Shown here one piece after another: positions 44,935-56,059 of a DNA stretch of 64,000 bases. The stretch's first letter is position 1. Every line of letters starts with the position of its first letter. A program made the position numbers and the translations under genes. Below the pieces are notes generated by a model, which saw nothing but the letters and a program-made list of their open reading frames with translations, searched no databases and was not told where the DNA came from. The DNA is from Candidatus Omnitrophota bacterium (lineage in GTDB: Bacteria; Omnitrophota; Gorgyraeia; Gygaellales; Profunditerraquicolaceae): NCBI GenBank assembly GCA_041650835.1, contig JBAZKL010000004.1, positions 166,900 to 230,899 on the forward strand. Direction: 5' to 3'.

Positions 44935-45240
44935 TATAAGATTCCTGCTCGTTCATGAGCGCATAACTTACGCGACCATAAGGAAACGTAAGTTATTTGC
45001 GCGAATGAATCCCGAGCTCCCCTATCTTTCCCTGTCAGGAGCGAGGGATCTATGCAGATGTAACGAAGATTCCTGCTCGTCAGAGCCTCGCCAGAGTCCG
45101 TTTTTCTTCTTCTGTATGTTGCGCCAAATCAGTTAACAGAGATTCCTGCTCGTCAGATGTCTCGCAGGAATCCGTTTTTCTTCTTCTAAATGTTGCGAAA
45201 AACCAGTTCGTTGATACTGGTTTTTCGCTATAGGAAGAAA
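44935..45240. repeat. hairpin-repeat array downstream of tRNA-Ser(CGA) (family E copy 2)
   Basis: homologous to 34700..35045 and 51650..51972. Confidence 0.8.
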
Positions 45241-45242
45241 AA

Positions 45243-45330
45243 CGGAGAGGGCGAGATTCGAACTCGCGTGAGCCTTACGGCCCAACCGCTTTTCGAGAGC
45301 GGCCCGTTATGACCACTTCGGTACCTCTCC
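45243..45330 (-). tRNA. tRNA-Ser (anticodon CGA)
   Basis: acceptor GGAGAGG/CCTCTCC, anticodon stem CCGCT/AGCGG loop CTCGAAA, long variable arm, T-arm GCGAG-TTCGAAT-CTCGC. Confidence 0.85.
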
Positions 45331-45563
45331 AAAAGATTTATGAAATAAATCTTTTGGATCCCGAGCCACCCTTTTTTACTTATCAGTGGCGAGGGATCTT
45401 CAATCTATGGAAACATTTCAAGACCCGGGCTTGACGACTGGTCAAGACCGGGTCTTATGAGTGAAAGTTGAATTGGTTTGTTTCCTGCCTGCCGTCAAGC
45501 AGGATTTTTACGGCAGTATTTAAACAACGGGAAAATCAGCTTACGCTCAACTCGATCCAATCC

Positions 45564-45848
45564 CTAATTCGTCCAGATCACATATGAAAGAATAGCATAA
45601 ACAACAAAGACTATCCCGACGAATACTTTCTTCTTTAACAAGAACTGATGAAATGTATATATATTCTTCTCGATGCCGGGGATCAATTTCTGTTTTATCC
45701 CCAACTCCCGATCAAGAAGTTTTTCTAATTTTTGATACTTTTCTTCATTCACTAAGAACATAACAAGCCCGATGATCAAAATAACAGGATTTAAGGCTAA
45801 TAAAACAATTTTAATGACTTCAGACACCCCTACCAGATTGTCATACAT
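45564..45848 (-). CDS. small membrane protein
   Basis: 94 aa, two hydrophobic helices. Confidence 0.4.
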   Translation of the reverse strand: MYDNLVGVSEVIKIVLLALNPVILIIGLVMFLVNEEKYQKLEKLLDRELGIKQKLIPGIEKNIYTFHQFLLKKKVFVGIVFVVYAILSYVIWTN

Positions 45849-46044
45849 ACCTCTCTCCTTTCAACTGATTAATTGACCAGCAAATAATCTATATATAACG
45901 GATGCGCGCACTACTGTGCATGCACCCGATGCTCAAGGTGTACAACCGTAATGAATAATTATACCACAAAATAAAAAAAATATGCATCTACTAATTTGTA
46001 GCCTGATGCCGGGTAAATAATCGCTTAAAAACCCGGTTATCAAA

Positions 46045-47283
46045 CTAATTTTTACGTTTTCTCCAAAGGAACACTTTATCTTTTGGTTTGACCGGACGGT
46101 CTGTTTTTATCCCCACTAAGTCCCCTTTATGGGCAAGCTTGACCTTGCGGTGTTTTATTTGCAGTTCCAGGACCGGAAGGAAGAATGACGCGGTCGATTT
46201 ACCAAAAACCAGTAATTCATCCCCTTCAGAAACACTCCCATTCCTTAAAATCACCTCCGCCACGCTGATGCGGTTATAAAAGTTTGTCACCTCCCCCAGG
46301 AAGATCTTTTCATAGCCGTGCGCTCCCAAAAGGCTTTCCTCACCTGAAGGCTCACCGAAATAAAAACCGCTGTCAAAACCCCTGTTAAAAACTGTTTCCA
46401 ACTCTTTACGTAAAGCTTTCTTGAGCGGCAAAGAAAGCTCATTTTTAAAGAACGCGTCTATGGCTTTTCGATAAACCGAAGTTACTACTTGAGTATATTC
46501 GGGAGAACGCATCCGGCCTTCTATCTTCAAAGCGCTAACCCCGGAGGCAATGATCTTATCGATAAAATCAATCGAACACAGGTCTTTCGGGCTTAACAAA
46601 TAGCCCTTTCCTACAATAAACTCATTGGGCCCTGCCGCTTCTTTAATCAAGTATTCCTGCCTGCACGGCTGAAAGCATTCCCCTCTATTAGCTGATTTAC
46701 GAAACGTATACTGCGATAACAGGCACCTGCCGGAGACGCTCACGCACATTGCCCCGTGGATAAAGGCTTCTACCTGACAATCCAGCTTTTGTTTTTTTAT
46801 TTTAGCGATAATATCCTTTATATCGGCAAGAGAACATTCCCTGGCTACAACGACCCTTTTGATCCCTAAACGGGAAAAAAACCGCAAAGACTCGAAATTA
46901 GCGACACTTGCCTGAGTTGAAAGATGTACCGGGACGCCGAATTCACGGGCAAGGGACACTACTCCCATATCCCAGGCGATCACCGCGTCAACCCCGCTCT
47001 CTTTGGCCCGCGAAAGCATCTTTTTGACCTTGGGGACCTCTTTTTCATAAAGGATCGTGTTTATCGCCAGGTACCCTTTTTTTCCATTCTTGCGCAATAA
47101 TGACATGACCTTGCCCATTTCCAGGGCGTCAAAATTATCCGCGGCTAAACGCATGTTCAATTCTTTAAGCCCGAAATAAACCGCGTCCGCCCCCGCGCTT
47201 ATCGCGCTCTGCAAAGAAGGCCAATCGCCGGCAGGAGAGACAAGTTCCGGGATCGCATATTTGAGTGTTTTCATAGGGTACAT
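46045..47283 (-). CDS. U32-family peptidase (collagenase-like)
   Basis: PELVSPAGDW...AGADAVYFG N-terminus and E...C catalytic pattern typical of peptidase U32. Confidence 0.8.
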   Translation of the reverse strand: MYPMKTLKYAIPELVSPAGDWPSLQSAISAGADAVYFGLKELNMRLAADNFDALEMGKVMSLLRKNGKKGYLAINTILYEKEVPKVKKMLSRAKESGVDAVIAWDMGVVSLAREFGVPVHLSTQASVANFESLRFFSRLGIKRVVVARECSLADIKDIIAKIKKQKLDCQVEAFIHGAMCVSVSGRCLLSQYTFRKSANRGECFQPCRQEYLIKEAAGPNEFIVGKGYLLSPKDLCSIDFIDKIIASGVSALKIEGRMRSPEYTQVVTSVYRKAIDAFFKNELSLPLKKALRKELETVFNRGFDSGFYFGEPSGEESLLGAHGYEKIFLGEVTNFYNRISVAEVILRNGSVSEGDELLVFGKSTASFFLPVLELQIKHRKVKLAHKGDLVGIKTDRPVKPKDKVFLWRKRKN

Positions 47284-47524
47284 AGGACAGGTAAGTAATA
47301 ATTTAATCGAATGAGGATTTCAAGGGGTGGCACCACGACTGAAGCCGCTGTTTTTCTTTAAATGTTGCGTTAAACCAGCTAACAAAGGCTGAAAAACACA
47401 TTAGGAGCGACTCATGACAATATGAGTTTTATCACGCTCACTTCGCGGCACTTTACATAGCTTGCTTGTTCCCTGCGAAGCAGATTGGCTACCCGGTAAG
47501 AACAACAAAGGCGCCGTCGCCTTT

Positions 47525-48259
47525 CTATTCCTCATTCTTGATTTGATCTATAAATTCTTTTAATGGTTGCCCATTAGGAACTACAGCAACCGAGTTTATT
47601 TCAAGTATCTTTTCCCATGACTCTATGGCTCCGGGCTTGTCATTTAGATCATCTAATAAAACTATCCCCTTATTAAAATACGCTGGTTGAAATTCTGGTC
47701 TTACAGCTATCGCCTTATCGAAACATTCCACCGCTTTCTTTGCATTACCGGTCCTTCTATACATAACACCTAGATCAGTAATAACATTAACATCGTGCGG
47801 ATTAAACTTTAACGATTTCTCATATGCCTTAATCGCTATTGAACTCAGGTCACTGTCGTAATATAAATTGCCGAGATCAACTAATGCCTCCGTATTTTTA
47901 GGATCGGCTTTTAATCTCACCGATAACGCAATAACACGTTCGGTAAAAGCGATTGATTTGGTTTTTTCAATATACTCAACCAATTTCAATGGAAATAAAT
48001 CAGGCATATTGCTATTCTTTAAGTACTTAATAAACTTAATTTGTCCTGGGTACTTAATCCTGATTGGCGCATCTTTATTTCTCATCAAGACGAAGAGTGT
48101 CGCACATACGATAACTGCATAAAGCACAACAGGATTAAATTGCCGTTTTTTTGATAGTGCGCCGCCGTTCTTGCGTGTGTAATAATCTTTTATCGCCATA
48201 ACAACCGGATATCCCACCGCAAGCAACACTAACAACAAATTTGTTTTTAATGGAAGCAT
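47525..48259 (-). CDS. membrane-anchored TPR-repeat protein
   Basis: N-terminal TM segments then TPR-like repeats; N-terminus paralogous to 50482..51363. Confidence 0.6.
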   Translation of the reverse strand: MLPLKTNLLLVLLAVGYPVVMAIKDYYTRKNGGALSKKRQFNPVVLYAVIVCATLFVLMRNKDAPIRIKYPGQIKFIKYLKNSNMPDLFPLKLVEYIEKTKSIAFTERVIALSVRLKADPKNTEALVDLGNLYYDSDLSSIAIKAYEKSLKFNPHDVNVITDLGVMYRRTGNAKKAVECFDKAIAVRPEFQPAYFNKGIVLLDDLNDKPGAIESWEKILEINSVAVVPNGQPLKEFIDQIKNEE

Positions 48260-48282
48260 GCGTCCTCCATATGGCTCAGAAA

Positions 48283-49206
48283 TTATTTTATTGTTAATTT
48301 AAGCGCATTCAACAAGATCAAAACCGTTATCGCCCCGGTCAACCCTGAGACCAATTGTTCTTTCAGCATCTTGAACCTGGTTACGGCGATAAGCAATATT
48401 GCGGTTGCTATATACGTCAACAGATCTCCATTGAAAAAATATACCCCGGCTAAAAAGCCGATGACTCCTGCGAGTACCCCGCTGCCCGCCGCTATAAGAG
48501 TGGCCTTTCTCTCTAATGCTGATAGGGCTGTCTTCTTCCGGGATCTTTCCTCCGAATTCTTGAGGATAATTTTTTCCTGCGATCGGTTCTGAGGCTGAGT
48601 AATTGCACCTCGCTTTTCCAATAGCTGTGCTATTTCAACACACCTTTTATCTCTTGCATGCATTAAGGCTGTCCAGCCATTCGCGTCAAAAGCGTTAATT
48701 GCGCACTCGTCACCGCTTTCAAGTATCGGCTTCACTATTTCAAGCCTATCATTCATGGAAGCTAATATTAATGCGGTAAAGCCTCTTTCATCCTTTTCGC
48801 CAAGATCAGCGCCCGCGGATATTAGAAGATTAACGACTTCCGGATGTCCGGACTGTGCGGCAAGATGAAGCGGCGTTGTTCCAGAATTCGAGCGGACATT
48901 TACAGCCGCGCCTGCGCCTATAAAAAACTTAACAACTTCCGGATAGCCATATTTCGCGGCAAGATGAAGCGGTGTCATTCCAGAGTTAGCGCTGATATTC
49001 ATGTCCGCCCCTGCGTCTACAAGCAGCTTGACGATCTCAAGGTGCCCGCTTTCCGAGGCCGCATGAAGCACCGTTCTCCCGTGTTTCATTTTCTCATCAA
49101 CATCCTTATCCTTATTCGAGGCTAAAAGATCCTTAACGGTTTCTTCGTGATCCTGATCAGCGGCAAGAAACAGCTGATTTATAAATTCATCTTGTGTAAG
49201 CTTCAT
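48283..49206 (-). CDS. ankyrin-repeat protein with C-terminal TM helices
   Basis: repeated G(T/R)T(P/A)LH(L/A)A...GH.E.VK.L...GA ankyrin units. Confidence 0.8.
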   Translation of the reverse strand: MKLTQDEFINQLFLAADQDHEETVKDLLASNKDKDVDEKMKHGRTVLHAASESGHLEIVKLLVDAGADMNISANSGMTPLHLAAKYGYPEVVKFFIGAGAAVNVRSNSGTTPLHLAAQSGHPEVVNLLISAGADLGEKDERGFTALILASMNDRLEIVKPILESGDECAINAFDANGWTALMHARDKRCVEIAQLLEKRGAITQPQNRSQEKIILKNSEERSRKKTALSALERKATLIAAGSGVLAGVIGFLAGVYFFNGDLLTYIATAILLIAVTRFKMLKEQLVSGLTGAITVLILLNALKLTIK

Positions 49207-49238
49207 CTCTGTATCCTTAATCTTTTGTCGTTTTGGAT

Positions 49239-50426
49239 TTAGTTGTCTCGAAGAATCGCAGCGCCGTTATCTGCTTCCTTCAATATATCAACACCCTCAG
49301 AATATCCCTCTTCAATAGCAATCTCTTCCGGGGTCAAAGAATTTCTGTCTTTAATATTCCTATCAGCACCATTCTTTAATAGAAGACGTATAACATCAGG
49401 GTTTCTTCTTCTGACTGCAATATGCAGAGGGGTTTGATCGCCCCAAAAACCACCTTTCTTGTTAACATCAGCCCCATGCTTCAACAATAAATGCGCGAAC
49501 ATCACTTCAACTAGATCATAATCCTCCTTATCTATCGCAGCGATAAGCGGAGTGTTCATTTGCTCACCTATGTCTACAGCAGCTCCGTATTTCAATAACA
49601 ATTCGGTTATTTGATAATTAGGCTTAGTAACGGCGCAATATAATGCGGATCCGTCGTGGCACGGTAGATTGACATCAATATTATTTCTCACCAGAAGCTC
49701 GACCATTTCAACGCTGTTATTGGAAATCGCCGCCTCTAATAAAGATGGTTTTGTCATATTCAGATTGGCGCCGTTTTCGATCAAAATCCTGGCGATCCGG
49801 ATATTATTATCCTCAACAGCCAAAGACAGCGGTGTTTCCCCGGCATTATTCTTTACATTAACGTCATTTCCTTCAGCTAAAAGCTGTTTGACTGCGATGT
49901 CATCTTCATAAACCGCAAGGTGTAACCTTGAATACCCCAATTGTGTTTTTTTGTAATTCACCATCTCATCCAATAGGTGCCTTGAATAATCCCCTTTCAT
50001 TTCACGAGCCACACGAAATGTTGTCGCAATCAGTTTCTGCTTGCCGGATAGCCGCGAAACATCATATGTAGAATATTCCTGCAATTTATTCATCAGAAAA
50101 TATTGGCCATTCGCCTCAAATCTGTAACCACCTGTATATTTGCTGATCTCCTCCGGATCTGAGATAATCCTACCGCTCGCAACATAATTTTTTCCTAACT
50201 CATACTGCCTGCCTTTATCTTTAGGATAGTCCGAAGAAGGGAATATATAATATTTGCAGGTTTCAGTTTGTATAAAAAAAACGGACGGCGCGCCACCATC
50301 TCCCATAAGACTATATAATTCCCCTATTATCACTTGATCACCCGGAATAACCTTTCCGCATGAACACAAAAATAAAAGCATAAGAAACAGGATGCAAAAA
50401 AGTTTAGCTTTCGTTAATAACCGCAT
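49239..50426 (-). CDS. ankyrin-repeat lipoprotein
   Basis: lipobox LFLCSCG; multiple ankyrin units (GETPLSLAV, DGSALYCAV, TPLHIAV). Confidence 0.75.
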   Translation of the reverse strand: MRLLTKAKLFCILFLMLLFLCSCGKVIPGDQVIIGELYSLMGDGGAPSVFFIQTETCKYYIFPSSDYPKDKGRQYELGKNYVASGRIISDPEEISKYTGGYRFEANGQYFLMNKLQEYSTYDVSRLSGKQKLIATTFRVAREMKGDYSRHLLDEMVNYKKTQLGYSRLHLAVYEDDIAVKQLLAEGNDVNVKNNAGETPLSLAVEDNNIRIARILIENGANLNMTKPSLLEAAISNNSVEMVELLVRNNIDVNLPCHDGSALYCAVTKPNYQITELLLKYGAAVDIGEQMNTPLIAAIDKEDYDLVEVMFAHLLLKHGADVNKKGGFWGDQTPLHIAVRRRNPDVIRLLLKNGADRNIKDRNSLTPEEIAIEEGYSEGVDILKEADNGAAILRDN

Positions 50427-50481
50427 ACAGCTATGCTCCTTATCTTGAGGTACTGCGCGCCTGAAATCATTTATAACCCTC

Positions 50482-51363
50482 TTATTGCTGTAAATTCCCG
50501 CGCTTCTCCTTCAACCCATCTGCCATCTTCTTAAATTCGGCAACAGTATACATCGGCCGGCTTATTCGCATGGATGTTTGTTTTATTTCAGCTACGTCTC
50601 GCAACAGTATATTATCTTTAACGCGCACATTCGACAATGACTCCCAGAGTTTTTGCGGCTGGTCCAACGTCTTGTCAAAATCATCCGACTTAACAGATAA
50701 GATACCGGTGCCGGATGGAACTGCCATAACGAGCGCATCTCTTATATTCGCACGTGATACGTCATATGCGGCCATTCTATCACTATGAACAATGAGGTTG
50801 TAATATGGCGCGTCATATTCATCGGGAAATTCAAAGTCAAAAGGGACCCGGACCAGCATAGGATGCGGGGTTATCCGATCCCGTTGCTGTCTATATAGTT
50901 TAGGATCGATAAATTTACTGCTAGCAATAGCTTCCTGTATCCCTTTATGCAATTTATCGGCAGAAATGTTTTTGTCGCCCTTTAAAAGCACGCGAAAATG
51001 ATGCTCATACACCTGAAACCCAACCTGCCTTATATCTTTATTCTTCTCGATCAGTTCTTCCACAAAAGGAATACACAGTTTGGTTTCAATATTCACCAGC
51101 CCATCAACCATAAGATAGGGCGGGAATTGCGCTTCGACCTCACATTCCAACAAAAAAGCCTCTTCTTTGTTTGAACTGTTGAAGCTGGATACCAGAAAAA
51201 ACGCACCACAGACGATAACAGCATAAAACACAACAAAAATAAATTGCCATTTTTTTGATAGTGCGACGCTATTTTTACCTGCGCACCGGTCTCTTATCAA
51301 CATAAGAGCCGGATATCCCACTGCAAGCAGCAATAACAGCAAATTTATTTTTAATGAAAGCAT
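50482..51363 (-). CDS. membrane-anchored hypothetical protein (N-terminus paralogous to the TPR protein)
   Basis: MLSLKINLLLLLLAVGYPALM... vs MLPLKTNLLLVLLAVGYPVVM... Confidence 0.5.
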   Translation of the reverse strand: MLSLKINLLLLLLAVGYPALMLIRDRCAGKNSVALSKKWQFIFVVFYAVIVCGAFFLVSSFNSSNKEEAFLLECEVEAQFPPYLMVDGLVNIETKLCIPFVEELIEKNKDIRQVGFQVYEHHFRVLLKGDKNISADKLHKGIQEAIASSKFIDPKLYRQQRDRITPHPMLVRVPFDFEFPDEYDAPYYNLIVHSDRMAAYDVSRANIRDALVMAVPSGTGILSVKSDDFDKTLDQPQKLWESLSNVRVKDNILLRDVAEIKQTSMRISRPMYTVAEFKKMADGLKEKRGNLQQ

Positions 51364-51649
51364 GCCTCCTCCATAAGTAAATATTTTTATCCATCATAGT
51401 TCCATTGGGGGAATACTTCAAGGAAATCCGATGACATCGGCTTCTATCGGCGTTCAGGGTAATCCTTGCGGACATAAGGATACCGGATTTCTCAAAACTC
51501 TCAGGCTCAAACATGGGACAGATATGGGATTAGCTTCAGAACCGTCCCGGACAGTCCACGGAGGGCTATTCGTCCCGTTGGTCGGCGCAATTTGGCTTCG
51601 AATCCTGCCGCTATGCGCCTAATATGTTCCACAACCACTCGAACTGTTT

Positions 51650-51972
51650 TTCTTTAAATATTGCGTCAAGACTCTGGCTCGTTCATGAGCGCATAACTTA
51701 CGCGACCATAAGGAAGCGTAAGTTATCTGCGCGAATGAATCCCGAGCTCCCCTAACTTTCCCTATCAGGAGCGAGGGATCTACGTTTATCGCTAACGAAG
51801 ACTCTGGCTCGTCAGAGCCTCGCCAGAGTCCGTTTTTCTTCTTCTAAATGTTGCGCCAAATCAGCTAACGAAGATTCCTGCTCGCCGGATGTCTCGCAGG
51901 AATCCGTTTTTCTTCTTCTAAATGTTGCGAAAAACCAGTTCGTTGATACTGGTTTTTCGCTAGAGGAAGAAA
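51650..51972. repeat. hairpin-repeat array downstream of tRNA-Ser(TGA) (family E copy 3)
   Basis: homologous to the other two arrays. Confidence 0.8.
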
Positions 51973-51974
51973 AA

Positions 51975-52063
51975 CGGAGGCGGAAGGATTTGAACCCTCG
52001 AGGCACCTTGCGATACCTAACGGTTTTCAAGACCGCCGCATTCAACCACTCTGCCACGCCTCC
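51975..52063 (-). tRNA. tRNA-Ser (anticodon TGA)
   Basis: acceptor GGAGGCG/CGCCTCC, anticodon stem GCGGT/ACCGT loop CTTGAAA, long variable arm, T-loop TTCAAAT. Confidence 0.8.
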
Positions 52064-52577
52064 AAGAATTTGTGAAACAAATTCTGTCCCGAAGCTTACG
52101 CAGAATATTTCTAAAAGTTTACCCGCTACCCATCCAGAAACTTTTAGAAATATTCCAGTGCTTAAGCGAGGGGCAAAAATCTCACCATTCTATCTTAAAA
52201 GATTGCTTCACCCCTTCGGGGTTCGCAATGACACGAAAGAACCTACCCTCAATAACACAATTATTTACACCCGGCGCTGATTGGAAATTGCGCCGGTACG
52301 CCGCTTTCTGTCCAGAAAGGACGCACCCAGCATTCCTATTAAGCTGGGGTGCTGCGGCAGATCCCCGCTTAAAGCCTACCTACCGGTAGGCAGGCATGCG
52401 GGGATGACTAATGGGAACGCAAAATCACACTCTTTTTCTTCCCGGTGATTTTATCCCGAACCCCCTTACCTTCTCTCAACTTATCGGAGGAACTGATTCC
52501 CCTCTATCCACTGTCAGGAATCAATCCCGAGCCACCCTTACTTACTTATCAGTGGCGAGGGACCAAAAACTTACTCT

Positions 52578-53297
52578 CTACTGCGGAACAAACAACTGCG
52601 TAAAAACCCCGCTGTAAATATTATGCGTAAGCTTAAAAGTCATATTCATAAAATTAACCAGCGAGAACTTATCGAAGACCAGGTTTAAACATACCGCGAC
52701 CAGCGTGACATTCAATAAATAAATGAATGAAAAACCGAAGATATAATTAGCTTTAAAGAAATCGCCCTGCTTCGTGCGCATTGATTTGGCGCTAAATACC
52801 AGATGCAGCGCGGCGCTAAACCCGAACAAAGAAAGAAAATTATGCAAGAGTTCCGGGGACTTAACAAACATCGAGACGATCAAATAAAGCACAAAGATCA
52901 TTATAGTATAAACCGGCAGCAAGAACGGGGCGACCTTGACCAGGGGCGCGAAAAAACTAAAGATGATCTCGACTAACCGGTGGCCTTTACGATAGATGAT
53001 CGCCGGCTCATAAATAAACAAATACATGATCACAAACGAGACGATCCCCACCCAAAAACTACGCTGCAGGCCTCGATCGATCAAAACAAGCTCGCCCAGA
53101 AAAGAACGCGTCGCCGCGTACACCATCGGCAGCAGGAACAATCCTAAGATAAACTTAATAATGCCGAAAACCTTATTAGAGACTCCCGGTATCTTTGACA
53201 TACCGCCGCCGCCTCCGCCACCCCTGCCGGCATCGAACTTTAAATCTTCTAAAAACCTGTCTTCACTGCCCTTACGGGGAAATTCTATCCGTTCCAT
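52578..53297 (-). CDS. polytopic membrane protein (possibly starting at internal MSKIPG after a poly-Gly tract)
   Basis: 5-6 predicted TM helices; the annotated 5' end overlaps the serS 3' end by 26 bp. Confidence 0.5.
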   Translation of the reverse strand: MERIEFPRKGSEDRFLEDLKFDAGRGGGGGGGMSKIPGVSNKVFGIIKFILGLFLLPMVYAATRSFLGELVLIDRGLQRSFWVGIVSFVIMYLFIYEPAIIYRKGHRLVEIIFSFFAPLVKVAPFLLPVYTIMIFVLYLIVSMFVKSPELLHNFLSLFGFSAALHLVFSAKSMRTKQGDFFKANYIFGFSFIYLLNVTLVAVCLNLVFDKFSLVNFMNMTFKLTHNIYSGVFTQLFVPQ

Positions 53298-54543
53298 TCA
53301 TATACGGCCGTAAACATTCCGGAATGATTACAGAGCCGTCCCTTTGCTGATAATTCTCCAATAAAGCGATCATGGTGCGCGCTGTCGCCACACCCGAGCC
53401 GTTAAGCGTATGCACAAAATCAAGCTTCTTGGTGTCGTTTCTCCTGAAGCGGATCTTCGCGCGCCGCGCCTGGAAGCTTTCGAAATTGCTGCAGCTTGAA
53501 ACCTCAAGCCATTTGTCCGCGCCTATCGCGTAAGCCTCCAGGTCATAACATTTACTGGCGGCGAAACTCAAATCCTGCGTTGAGAGGGCCTTGACCCGAT
53601 AAGGCAACCCCAAAGTTTTCAGGACCTCTTCCGCGTCATTAACCAGCTTCTCCAATTCATCATATGAGCCCTCAGGTTTGACGAGCTTCACCATTTCTAC
53701 TTTATTGAACTGATGCACGCGCATCAAACCCTTGGTGTCTTTACCGTATGAGCCGGCTTCCCTGCGAAAACAAGGCGTATAGGCGGTAAAACATTTCGGC
53801 AGGTCGTTTTCTTCAAGTATTTCATCGCTGTAAATATTGGTAACGGGAACTTCGGCGGTAGGGATCAAAAACAAATCATCATCGGCAAGTTTATACATAT
53901 CATCTTCCATCTTAGGAAGCTGGCCGGTCCCGGTCATAGTTTTTCTATTCACTAAAAAAGGCGGGAATATTTCAGTATACCCGTGTTTTTGCGTATGGAA
54001 ATCAAGCATGAAATTAATGAGCGCTCTTTCCAATTTCGCGCCCAGACCTTTATACAGGACAAAATTCGAGCCGGTGATCTTTGTGGCGCGGGGGAAATCA
54101 ATGATATCCAGCCGCTGGCTCAACTCGACGTGGTTCGCCGGCTTAAAATCAAACGCGGGGAGCTCACCCCAGGAACGCACGATCCGGGCCGCGTCAGGGT
54201 CCCCTACCGGCACTGACGCATGAGGGATATTCGGGACGGTCAACATTATCCCTTCCAATTTCGATTCTTCTATTTTCAAAAGGTCTTCGGCGCGGTCGAT
54301 CTGTTCAGAGATCCCTTTCATGGACAGGATCTTTTCTCCCGGGTCTTTTTTCTCTTTACACAAAAGGCTTATTTCATCGTTAGCTTTATTGCGGAGCGAC
54401 CTCAAATCTTCAATTTCCAGGAGGACCTTGCGCCGGGCGTCGTCGATCTCAATGATCTGCTCGAGGCTTATCCGAGACAAACGGTCCCGTAACGCTTTCC
54501 TCACCGCTTCCTGATTTTCTCTAATGGATCTTATATCTAACAT
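53272..54543 (-). CDS. serS: serine--tRNA ligase
   Basis: N-terminal coiled-coil [10 protein letters not shown]..., class II aaRS motifs (FRREAGS, GSGVA). Confidence 0.9.
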   Translation of the reverse strand: MLDIRSIRENQEAVRKALRDRLSRISLEQIIEIDDARRKVLLEIEDLRSLRNKANDEISLLCKEKKDPGEKILSMKGISEQIDRAEDLLKIEESKLEGIMLTVPNIPHASVPVGDPDAARIVRSWGELPAFDFKPANHVELSQRLDIIDFPRATKITGSNFVLYKGLGAKLERALINFMLDFHTQKHGYTEIFPPFLVNRKTMTGTGQLPKMEDDMYKLADDDLFLIPTAEVPVTNIYSDEILEENDLPKCFTAYTPCFRREAGSYGKDTKGLMRVHQFNKVEMVKLVKPEGSYDELEKLVNDAEEVLKTLGLPYRVKALSTQDLSFAASKCYDLEAYAIGADKWLEVSSCSNFESFQARRAKIRFRRNDTKKLDFVHTLNGSGVATARTMIALLENYQQRDGSVIIPECLRPYMNGTDRISP

Positions 54544-54590
54544 GTTCTCCTCACCGCGTATACTTGAGGCAATACGCAATTACTTAATTT

Positions 54591-56051
54591 CTACCCTTTA
54601 ATAACGCCAAGTGGTCGCATCCGGCAGACACGCTTGGCGATACCCGCGTTATGCACCACATCCACCACATCATTAACGTCTTTATATACCTGGGGGGCTT
54701 CTTCGATGATCGTGCCTTTTCCTTCAGCCAGCACCACGATCCCTTTTGATTCCAGATCTTTCATCAATTTCCCCAGGTCGATAGACCTAAGCGCCGCGGT
54801 CCGTGACATAAGCCGCCCCGCGCCATGGCAGGTAGAGCCGAATGTTTCATCCATCGCCTTTTGCGTGCCGACAAGAAGATACGAATTCCTCCCCATGTCC
54901 CCCGGAATGATCACCGGCTGGCCGATCTTTCTATAGCGCTGCGGTAAAGCCGGATGTCCCGGGCCGAACGCGCGCGTGGCGCCTTTACGATGCACGCATA
55001 ATTTCTTTTCTTTACCGTCAATGGTATATTTTTCGATCTTCGCGATGTTATGGGCGACATCATAGATCAAAGACATCCCCAATTTCTGCCATGACTGCGC
55101 GAAGACCTTTTCAAAGGCCTTTCGCGCCAGATGCATCAGGCATTGCCGGTTTGCCCAGGCGTAATTGGCCGCGCACTTCATTGCCCCTAAATACGCCTGC
55201 CCCTCGCTCGAATTCACCGGCGCGCAGGCAAGCTGCCGGTCGGGGACATTGATCTGGTATTTTTGAAGACAATGCACCATACTTTTAACGTAGTCTTCGC
55301 AAACCTGATAGCCTAAGCCCCGGGACCCGGAATGGATCATCACCATAACCTCACCCAGGTCCAATCCCAATTCATCGCAAACATCCCTGTCATAGAGCTG
55401 ATCGATGACCTGAATTTCCAGAAAATGATTTCCTGAACCAAGCGTGCCGGATTGCGCCTTGCCCCGCTCATACGCGCGGTGCGAAACAGCTTCGGGGTCA
55501 GCGCCTTCTATCGCCCCGTTCTCTTCAGTGCACTCTAAATCTTCTTCCGTGCCGTAGCCCTGCTTGACCGCCCAGCCTGAACCATGGACTAAGACCTCGC
55601 GCTCTTCTTTCTGGCTGACCCGGATATCGCCCTTAGAACCGACACCCGTAGGCACATATGAGAAAAGAGCATGAACAAGGTCCCTGACCCTGTCTTTTAT
55701 GTCCTGGTACTCTAAATTCGTTCGCAGAAGCCTGACGCCGCAATTAATGTCGTAACCGACGCCGCCAGGGGAGATCACCCCGTTATTTTCGATGTCGGTA
55801 GCGGCAACGCCTCCGATGGGAAACCCGAATCCCCAATGCATATCGGGCATGGCCAGTGACGCCCTGACGATCCCGGGTAAAAACGCGACATGCGCCACCT
55901 GCTGCGGGGCTTTATCGTTACGGATATCTTTTAATAACTTCTCATCGGCATAAATAATGCCCGGCACCCGCATTCCCGGCATATACGACCGGGGGATACG
56001 CCAACGGTAATCATCGATCTTTTCTAACGGACCTTCCCATAAACCGGACAT
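54591..56051 (-). CDS. rtcB: RNA-splicing ligase RtcB
   Basis: conserved RtcB blocks (GGVGYDINCGVR, HSGSRGLG, NH...H metal ligands); 486 aa. Confidence 0.9.
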   Translation of the reverse strand: MSGLWEGPLEKIDDYRWRIPRSYMPGMRVPGIIYADEKLLKDIRNDKAPQQVAHVAFLPGIVRASLAMPDMHWGFGFPIGGVAATDIENNGVISPGGVGYDINCGVRLLRTNLEYQDIKDRVRDLVHALFSYVPTGVGSKGDIRVSQKEEREVLVHGSGWAVKQGYGTEEDLECTEENGAIEGADPEAVSHRAYERGKAQSGTLGSGNHFLEIQVIDQLYDRDVCDELGLDLGEVMVMIHSGSRGLGYQVCEDYVKSMVHCLQKYQINVPDRQLACAPVNSSEGQAYLGAMKCAANYAWANRQCLMHLARKAFEKVFAQSWQKLGMSLIYDVAHNIAKIEKYTIDGKEKKLCVHRKGATRAFGPGHPALPQRYRKIGQPVIIPGDMGRNSYLLVGTQKAMDETFGSTCHGAGRLMSRTAALRSIDLGKLMKDLESKGIVVLAEGKGTIIEEAPQVYKDVNDVVDVVHNAGIAKRVCRMRPLGVIKG

Positions 56052-56059
56052 GAGGGCAC

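Noticed and set aside
51420-51650. Possible tRNA or tmRNA-like sequence (ttcgaatcc T-loop-like motif)
   Set aside because: Could not be folded into acceptor/T-arm pairings; likely a degenerate tRNA fragment or part of the family E repeat flank.
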